The position numbers and the translations under genes are program-made. Source: Longimicrobiales bacterium (GTDB lineage Bacteria; Gemmatimonadota; Gemmatimonadetes; Longimicrobiales; Gaopeijiaceae). From it: a stretch of DNA of 64,000 nt. Under the pieces are notes generated by a model that did no database searches, had not been told where the DNA came from, and saw nothing but the letters and a program-made list of their open reading frames with translations. Shown here in pieces: positions 8,406-15,406 of the stretch; positions within the stretch are counted from its first letter, which is position 1; the number at the start of each line of letters is the position of its first letter. Location: assembly GCA_963422615.1 (NCBI GenBank), contig OY730414.1, positions 558,001-622,000 of the forward strand, in the 5' to 3' direction.

Positions 8406-10319
8406 ATGGGCCTTGACTTGGTGCCCCGGCGATCGCCGGAAGCGATCCGCGTCTTTACCCGGGCGCTGCTCAGGGATCTGCAGGCGCTGGAGCGAATCCT
8501 GGCCGAGGGGCAGATCGAGTCCGGGATTCGCCGTTTCGGGGCGGAGCAGGAGATGTTCCTGGTTGACGAAGCTTGGCGGCCCGCCCCCGTCGCGGTCGAG
8601 GTCCTGGAAGGCTTGGGCGGAGAGCCGTTTACCACCGAGCTCGCGCGCTTCAACCTGGAGGCGAACCTGTTGCCGCGGGTTCTGGAAGGGTCGTGTTTTT
8701 CCGACATGCTCGAGGAACTTGACGGCAGGGTGGCCCAGGTCCGGGAAGAGGCGCAGCGCCAGGGTGCGGAAGTCGTCATCACCGGCATCCTGCCCACCCT
8801 GAGCAAATCCGACCTTTCGTTCGAGAACATCACCCCTCGGGCCCGGTACCACGCCCTCAACGAGGCCATGCACGAAGCCGGCGGCGGCGCGTTTCGGCTC
8901 AGGATCCGGGGCACCGACGAGCTCATGATCCAGCACGACTCGGTGATGCTGGAATCCTGCAACACCAGTTGCCAGGTACACCTTCAGGTCTCGGCAGAGG
9001 AGTTCGCTCACTTCTACAACGTCGCGCAGGCCGTAACCGCTCCGGTCCTGGCGGCGTCCGTCAACTCGCCTCTGCTTTTTGGGCGGCGCCTCTGGGCCGA
9101 GACCCGGATCGCCCTTTTCCAGCAGTCCATGGACACCCGGGGAACGGACCTCCACATGCGCGAAATGAGTCCCCGGGTCCGTTTCGGGGGAAGCTGGTTG
9201 CGTCGCTCTGTGGTCGAGTTGTTCCAAGACGACATCGCCACTTTCCGCGTCCTCCTCGCCCAGGACGTGGACGAGAACCCCCTCGAGGTTCTGGATGCCG
9301 GAGGCGTCCCGGAGCTGCAAGCACTTCAGCTCTACAACAGCACCGTCTACCGCTGGAATCGGCCATGTTACGGCATCTCCAAGGGGAAGCCCCACCTGCG
9401 GATCGAATGCCGGGCCCTGCCCGCCGGTCCCACCACGCTCGACGAAGTGGCGAACGCCGTTCTATGGATCGGAGCCGTGTTGGGGGTTGCGAAGCGGTTC
9501 CCGGACTTCTCCCAACGGATGGACTTTGACGACGCGAAGGGGAATTTCCTTGCCGCCTCTCGTCTGGGGCTGCGAGCAGGGATGGCGTGGCTTGACGGAG
9601 AGAGTGGACCGGCGGACCGGTTCATCTTGGAACAGCTGCTGCCCCTGGCCGCAGAAGGACTGAGCGACTACCCCGTCGACCGCGCTGATGTAGACCGGTA
9701 CCTGGGAGTCATTGCAGAGCGGGTGGAGGCCGGCGTAACGGGAGCGAGCTGGGCCCTGCGCTCTCTGGGCAAGCTCAAGGGGGCGGGCACGAAGGGGGAG
9801 CGGCTCGCCGCCCTTACGGCCGCTACGGTGCGCCAGCAAAAAGAGGGAATCCCGGTGGGGAGGTGGGGGCCGGCGGAGCTCCAGGAGGCGGGTGGCTGGA
9901 AGTTCAACTACCTCCGGGTGGAGCAGTACATGACGACTTCCCTGACCACGGTGAACGAGGACGAACTCGTGGAGCTGGTTGCGTACCTCATGAATCTGCG
10001 CCAGATCCGCCATGTCCTCATCGAAGACAAGGACCACAACCTGGTCGGGATCGTGTCGTACCGGTCCATCCTCCGGCTCATGGCCGAAGGGCGCACCAAG
10101 ACCGAGGCCGAGAATATGCCCGTAAGCGAGGTCATGGCGCGGAAACCGGTTACGGTTGCGCCGGAAACGCCGACGCTCGACGCCATCAGGCGGATGCGGA
10201 GCCACGGGGTGTCGGCTCTTCCGGTGGTGAAGGGCAGGCAGCTGGTCGGCTTGGTCAGCGAAACGGACTTCATGCCCATGGCCTATCAGCTTCTTGAAGA
10301 GCGTCTGCAGGGGGATTAG
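8406..10319 (+). CDS. Glutamate-cysteine ligase (GCS2)-like carboxylate-amine ligase fused to a C-terminal CBS pair
   Basis: GAEQEMFLVD, FTTELARFNLE, ESCNTSCQVHLQV, NSPLLFGRRLWAETRI, YRWNRPCY and HLRIECRALPAGPT; two CBS repeats at the C-terminus. Confidence 0.88.
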   Translation: MGLDLVPRRSPEAIRVFTRALLRDLQALERILAEGQIESGIRRFGAEQEMFLVDEAWRPAPVAVEVLEGLGGEPFTTELARFNLEANLLPRVLEGSCFSDMLEELDGRVAQVREEAQRQGAEVVITGILPTLSKSDLSFENITPRARYHALNEAMHEAGGGAFRLRIRGTDELMIQHDSVMLESCNTSCQVHLQVSAEEFAHFYNVAQAVTAPVLAASVNSPLLFGRRLWAETRIALFQQSMDTRGTDLHMREMSPRVRFGGSWLRRSVVELFQDDIATFRVLLAQDVDENPLEVLDAGGVPELQALQLYNSTVYRWNRPCYGISKGKPHLRIECRALPAGPTTLDEVANAVLWIGAVLGVAKRFPDFSQRMDFDDAKGNFLAASRLGLRAGMAWLDGESGPADRFILEQLLPLAAEGLSDYPVDRADVDRYLGVIAERVEAGVTGASWALRSLGKLKGAGTKGERLAALTAATVRQQKEGIPVGRWGPAELQEAGGWKFNYLRVEQYMTTSLTTVNEDELVELVAYLMNLRQIRHVLIEDKDHNLVGIVSYRSILRLMAEGRTKTEAENMPVSEVMARKPVTVAPETPTLDAIRRMRSHGVSALPVVKGRQLVGLVSETDFMPMAYQLLEERLQGD

Positions 10320-10326
10320 ACAGGCG

Positions 10327-11328
10327 GTGGAGGGGAACGGGAGGGCGGGGCTGGGTGGGGTGCCGCAGCTCCTCTGGAGTTCGCGCGCGCCTTCCTCCGG
10401 GTTATTGGGGTGGGTCAAAGGCCGTTTGGACGGTCCCCTGTTGCTGTGCATCGGGGGTCTTCACGGGAACGAACCCGCGGGGGTGAAGGCGCTGGAGGAG
10501 GTCGTCGGGAAGCTGAGCGCCCGCCGGGACCGGATGGCAGGGGACTTTGTGGCCGCTGCCGGTAACGTCCCAGCCCTGGCAGCGGGGCGCCGCTTCCTGG
10601 CCTATGACCTGAACCGGGCTTGGACCCCCTCCCGGATTGGGGCGGGACGGCTCGCCGGCGAGGTGCCGGAAGACCTGGAAATGGCCCGCCTTCTGAAGCT
10701 CATCCGCCAGCTGTCCCAACGAAGACGCGGACCCGGCTTCGTTCTCGATATCCATACGACGTCTAGCGCAGGGGGTGCGTTCACCACGACGACCGACTTC
10801 TTGGCCAATCGCCGTTTCGCGCAGGCGATCCCGGCGCCGTTGGTGCTCGGACTGGGGGAGCACATCGAAGGGACGCTGATCGGTTATCTGGACGGATTCG
10901 GCTACACGACGACGGTCTTCGAGTGTGGCCAGCACCAGGAAGAGGAGGCTCGGGGGCGGGCTGCTGCTGCCGTGTGGCTGGCCGTCTGTGCCGCCGGGCT
11001 CCTGGAGGAAGCCGAAGTGCCCGAAGCAGGCCGCGGCTTCCGGATGCTCGAGAGGGCATGCCGCAAGTTCCCCAAAGTGGTGGAGATGAGGTACCGTCAC
11101 GCCATCCGGGAGGATGACCATTATCGCTCCCGGCCGGGACTCCGGAACTTCCAGCCCGTGGGGGCGGGGGATGTCCTGGGCGACGATCGGTGGGGGGAGG
11201 TGGCGGCGCCGGAAGACGGCAGACTCCTCATGCCCCTCTATCAGGAGCAGGGCGAAGACGGCTTCTTCCTGGTGCGGGAGTCGGACGGGGCGCGGCCGGT
11301 GGCAGATACGCTGCGGGAGTCGGGATGA
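10327..11328 (+). CDS. Succinylglutamate desuccinylase / aspartoacylase (AstE, M14-like) family; start uncertain
   Basis: GGLHGNEPAG (HxxE), DLNRAW, LDIHTTS and VFECGQH; C-terminal barrel-sandwich domain. Confidence 0.88.
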   Translation: MEGNGRAGLGGVPQLLWSSRAPSSGLLGWVKGRLDGPLLLCIGGLHGNEPAGVKALEEVVGKLSARRDRMAGDFVAAAGNVPALAAGRRFLAYDLNRAWTPSRIGAGRLAGEVPEDLEMARLLKLIRQLSQRRRGPGFVLDIHTTSSAGGAFTTTTDFLANRRFAQAIPAPLVLGLGEHIEGTLIGYLDGFGYTTTVFECGQHQEEEARGRAAAAVWLAVCAAGLLEEAEVPEAGRGFRMLERACRKFPKVVEMRYRHAIREDDHYRSRPGLRNFQPVGAGDVLGDDRWGEVAAPEDGRLLMPLYQEQGEDGFFLVRESDGARPVADTLRESG

Positions 11329-11465
11329 CTTTGGGGTTTGACCGGGGATACCCGCCCATCCATCGTGTCCAACCCCCCTAGCTACCTTGGCAACCCATCC
11401 CGCTCCCCCCGGCCGGGCCGGCGCTCCCGGTTCCCCCGGTTCCCAACCTTGAGAGCCTCCGACCC

Positions 11466-14400
11466 ATGACCGTCCCGACGATTTTCGAGACCTGCAAGCC
11501 CCGGGACGACGTCCTTGCGGGGACCATCACCGAAGCCGATTTCGCCGCGGACTTGGCCCAGGTGATCACCGGCGCCGGGAGCCCGGAGTACCGCGACCCG
11601 GCCCTTTTCTTTGCCCACACGTACCCGACCCGGGGACTGAAGAACCTGCTGGCCCACGTATGTAGGCGTCTGTCCCGGGCCGGCGGTGAAGTTTCAGCGA
11701 TCTTTCGGTTGGACACCTCCTACGGAGGCGGCAAAACCCACGGCCTCATCGCCCTGGCTCATGCGGCGCGCGGCATGGAGGGCGTTGACGAGGCGGCCGA
11801 GTTCGTCGATCCGGAGCTCCTCCCCGGGGGGCCGGTTCGGGTTGCGGCCTTCACGGGCGAGAACGCCGACCCCGCGAATGGGCGGAACATGGGAGACGGC
11901 GTGCGCGCCCACACGCCATGGGGCGAACTGGCCTATACTCTTGCCGGAAAGGCGGGCTTCGAACGAATCGGCCCAAGCGACCGCGACCGGGTCGCCCCCG
12001 GGGCCGAAACCCTGCGGGAGCTCTTCGGCGGGGAGCCGACGCTGATTCTGCTGGATGAGCTTTCTGTCTATCTGCGCAAGGCATACAGCGCCCACGCCCG
12101 CAGTCAGCTGACCGCGTTCTTGACCTCGTTGTTCAAGGCGGTGGAGGGCACCCCGAACGCCGCCCTCGTTTACACCCTGGCGATCGGCAAGGAGGGCCGC
12201 GCCACCGACGCCTACAGCGAAGAGAACCGCTTCATCGCCGACAAGATGACAGAGGCGGAGAAGGTGTCGGCGCGCAAGGCGACCCTGCTGAATCCCACGG
12301 AAGAGGATGAGACCGTCCAGGTCCTCCGGCGGCGTCTCTTCAAGTCCATCGACGAGGGGCGAATTCCTGAGGTCGCCGATGCCTATGCGAAGCAGTGGGC
12401 CGCCCACCGGGGCGACCTTGTCGCCTACGCCACCCGGCTTGGGACGAAGAAGACATTGGAGGCGGGTTACCCGTTTCATCCGGAGGTCCTGGATACGCTG
12501 ACCGGCAAGACCGCGACCCTCGCAAACTTCCAGCGCGTCCGGGGCATGTTGCGGCTGCTGGCCAAGACCGTGAGCCACCTCTGGAAGCAGCGCCCAGAGG
12601 GTGCGCACGCGATTCACCTTCACCACATCGACCTGGGCCACGAGCCCGTCCGGCAGGAAATCGTCACCCGTCTGGAACAGCACGCCTACGAGCCCGCGAT
12701 CACGAACGACGTGGCGGGACCGGCCGCGAAGCCGGCTCTGGCCCAGGAGATTGACGCCGAACACTACGCCGGGATGGCCCCGTACGCAGAGTACACGGCC
12801 CGGACGATCTTTCTGCACACCCTCGCCTTCAACGACCCGCTCAAAGGTCTTTCGTCCGAACATCTGCGCTACTCCGTGCTGGGGCCGGGAACGGACATCA
12901 GCTTCGTGGAACAGGCGCGCAAGAAGTTCGTTGCCGAATCCGCGTACCTGGACGACCGCCCCGGCGTGCCGATGCGCTTCCTGGCCGACGCCAATCTGGG
13001 CCAGATCATCCGCCGTGAAGAAGGGCATGTGGACCCGGACGAAGCGCGGGCCCAGCTGAACGACCGCATCCGGCAAGTCTTCCAGGGCAGAGTGTTCGAT
13101 CCGATTCACTTCCCGGGCGGTCCGTACGATATCCCGGATCGGGTGGGAGACGGGCGGCCCAAGTTGGCCGTCCTGTCGTACGACGGCGTGTGGGTCGGGG
13201 GAAGCGTGGAGAAGGTTCCCGAGCTGGTCAACCGGATCTACAAGCGGAAGGGTGCGGAGGGTTCGGCGGTGCGCCTGCTCCGAAACAATCTGGTGTTCGT
13301 GGTCGCGGACGACGCCCGGCGGGACGAGATGCGCAACCGGGCCCGCCGCCTGCTTGCTCTGCGGGAGCTCAAGAGGCCGGAACGTCTTGCTGATTTGGCG
13401 GAGCACCAGCAGGGCCGGGTGCGGGAGTTGGCGGACCGTTCGGAGCAGGAGCTGGCGGTCGCGGTGCAACAGTGCTACTCCCACATCTTCTACCCGTCCC
13501 GGAACAGACTGCCCGAAAGCGACACCGACCTGGCCCATACCGCCATTGACGCGCCGTCCACTTCGGACAAGCCGGGGGCCGGACAGCAGCAGGTCACCCG
13601 GGCGCTTCGGGGTCTGAGCAAGCTGCGCCTTCCCGACGACGAGCCCGACTCTCCGACCTACGTTCGCGACCGGACGCCGCTCAAACGCCAGGGAGAGATG
13701 ACGACGGTGGCCCTGCGCGACGAATTCAGGCGGGACCCCGCGCTCCCCATGCTCCTCGGAAACGACCTCTTCATCCGGGGGGTCAGGCAGGGGATCGAAG
13801 CCGGTGTCTATGTCTACCGCAGCGGGCGGTTGCTGTACGGCCCGGGCGATGCCTACGCCGAGATCCGGGTGGACGAGCAGTCGTGGGTCTTCACCATGGG
13901 CTACGCCAAGGGCACGAGAGTGTGGCCCAGGCCGAAGCCGGAGAACGAAGAGAACGGTGGAGATGAAGGCGAAAACGGCGACGAGCGCGAAAAAAACGGC
14001 GACAAACACAAGAATGGAGACCAACCCCCGCCGAAACCGCCCGGCGAATTTGCGGCGGAAGGCGTCTTCCGGGAAGCACTCGTTCGGGTCTGGGAACAGG
14101 CGGCAGGGCAGCACGTCAAGAGGATCGGGACGCTGGACCTTCGCCTCTTCGACCTCCAAGACGGACTGCGCCTCCTGGGCCCGGCCGGATCGGTAGCCGG
14201 GGCCGAGAATACGGTTCGGATGACGGGAGGATACGAAACCCGCGACGGGGGATCGTTCGAACTGGAGTTCAAGGGCCCCGTTGCAGACGCGGAGCCGGTC
14301 AGGGAGTTCCTCCTGCCCCAGATCCGGGCCGCCCCCATCGCGAATCTGGAGGTCCGTTTCACGTTGGTGTTCAAGGAGGGATTCCCGTTGGGCGGCGATG

Positions 14401-14483
14401 AGCAGAAGAAGCTCACCGAGCGCCTGTCCAGGTTCGCGAGCGGCCAGGCGAGGGTGACCGCGACGGCGACGGCGGAGGGATGA
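11466..14483 (+). CDS. DUF499 domain ATPase (restriction-like defence system, component 1)
   Basis: CKPRDDV, DFAADL, FFAHTYPT, Walker A DTSYGGGKTH, LILLDEL, VLRRRLF, YPFHPE and FQRVRGMLRLL. Confidence 0.92.
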   Translation: MTVPTIFETCKPRDDVLAGTITEADFAADLAQVITGAGSPEYRDPALFFAHTYPTRGLKNLLAHVCRRLSRAGGEVSAIFRLDTSYGGGKTHGLIALAHAARGMEGVDEAAEFVDPELLPGGPVRVAAFTGENADPANGRNMGDGVRAHTPWGELAYTLAGKAGFERIGPSDRDRVAPGAETLRELFGGEPTLILLDELSVYLRKAYSAHARSQLTAFLTSLFKAVEGTPNAALVYTLAIGKEGRATDAYSEENRFIADKMTEAEKVSARKATLLNPTEEDETVQVLRRRLFKSIDEGRIPEVADAYAKQWAAHRGDLVAYATRLGTKKTLEAGYPFHPEVLDTLTGKTATLANFQRVRGMLRLLAKTVSHLWKQRPEGAHAIHLHHIDLGHEPVRQEIVTRLEQHAYEPAITNDVAGPAAKPALAQEIDAEHYAGMAPYAEYTARTIFLHTLAFNDPLKGLSSEHLRYSVLGPGTDISFVEQARKKFVAESAYLDDRPGVPMRFLADANLGQIIRREEGHVDPDEARAQLNDRIRQVFQGRVFDPIHFPGGPYDIPDRVGDGRPKLAVLSYDGVWVGGSVEKVPELVNRIYKRKGAEGSAVRLLRNNLVFVVADDARRDEMRNRARRLLALRELKRPERLADLAEHQQGRVRELADRSEQELAVAVQQCYSHIFYPSRNRLPESDTDLAHTAIDAPSTSDKPGAGQQQVTRALRGLSKLRLPDDEPDSPTYVRDRTPLKRQGEMTTVALRDEFRRDPALPMLLGNDLFIRGVRQGIEAGVYVYRSGRLLYGPGDAYAEIRVDEQSWVFTMGYAKGTRVWPRPKPENEENGGDEGENGDEREKNGDKHKNGDQPPPKPPGEFAAEGVFREALVRVWEQAAGQHVKRIGTLDLRLFDLQDGLRLLGPAGSVAGAENTVRMTGGYETRDGGSFELEFKGPVADAEPVREFLLPQIRAAPIANLEVRFTLVFKEGFPLGGDEQKKLTERLSRFASGQARVTATATAEG

Positions 14484-14487
14484 GGGG

Positions 14488-14979
14488 ATGAGGATCGAGA
14501 GGATCTCCCTGATCGACGCTCCCCCATCGGCGCCCAGCTATGAGCTGCGGGTGCGAAATCGCTCCCCCGTCGGCGCCCAGTACGAGATCTGGCAGATGCC
14601 GTCCCCAGCCACGCCCGGCGTCACCGCGGCGGTACGGATCGCGGGGTTGCGGGGGCGGAACCTGGACTTGGTGGAGCACCGGGTGTTGCGGCGGCTGGCC
14701 CGGAGCGGAATCAAGCTCGTGGCCCGAGAAGATGTCGGAAGCCGCGGCTACGTGCTGACGGAAAACCTGGCCTTGACACTGGGCCTCCTCTTCCGCTGCC
14801 TTGCCCCCATGCGGAATCGGGACAACATGCTGGCGGTCGCCGACGGTCTCGAGGCGATGGCGAGGGAGGAGGCGGCCTACTGGCTCGGGATGGCGATGCA
14901 CCGCAAGAATCCGCGCCGGGTGCTGATGGCGTTGAGGTGCCTGTTGACGGCGCCGAAAGCGAAGGGACGGCGGTCATGA
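14488..14979 (+). CDS. Small conserved protein in the DUF3780-equivalent position (component 2)
   Basis: Starts 4 nt after the DUF499 stop; C-terminal EEAAYWLGMAMHRKNPRRVL motif, loosely like the EERWWL motif of DUF3780. Confidence 0.7.
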   Translation: MRIERISLIDAPPSAPSYELRVRNRSPVGAQYEIWQMPSPATPGVTAAVRIAGLRGRNLDLVEHRVLRRLARSGIKLVAREDVGSRGYVLTENLALTLGLLFRCLAPMRNRDNMLAVADGLEAMAREEAAYWLGMAMHRKNPRRVLMALRCLLTAPKAKGRRS

Positions 14980-15401
14980 AGCTAGAGCGCGTGGAGATCG
15001 AGAACTATCGGGCGATCGAAAAACTGGATCTGCCGCTCGATCCCGACTTGACGGTATTCCATGGCGACAATGCACATGGCAAGACCAGCGTTCTGAGCGC
15101 GATTGCGACCGGCCTCGGCAGTATCCCCATGCTTCTGCCCGATGTTTCGGGCACCGGTTTCCGCAAAACAGATCGGCGCGGATCGCGGCCGATGCGAGTC
15201 GGCCTGGCCGCCGTCGGCGGGGTCGAGTGGGACCGGCAGGTGGGCAGGCTGCGAAGAAGGGCAGCCCAGCGTGATTTGAAGAAGGTGATGGATGCCATCG
15301 TTCACGCGGACCAAGAGAGAGACACTCCGCACGACCTGCCCATCGTCGCCTTCTACGACACAGATCGTGCGGTGTTGATGCGCAGCGCCGAAGAGGTCTG
15401 A
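14976..15401 (+). pseudogene. Truncated ABC/SMC-type ATPase (PtuA/Septu- or retron-ATPase-like N-terminus only)
   Basis: ATGA-coupled start; IENYRAIEKL, Walker A GDNAHGKT and LPIVAFYDTDRAV, then a stop at 141 aa with no signature motif or Walker B. Confidence 0.75.
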
Positions 15402-15406
15402 TTCCG

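Noticed and set aside
11694..14159. 821-aa reverse ORF (likewise 16217-18127, 32700-34601, 39790-41394, 59196-60986 and 61400-63520)
   Set aside because: Antisense shadows of well-supported genes, expected with high GC3 codon usage; no recognisable motifs.
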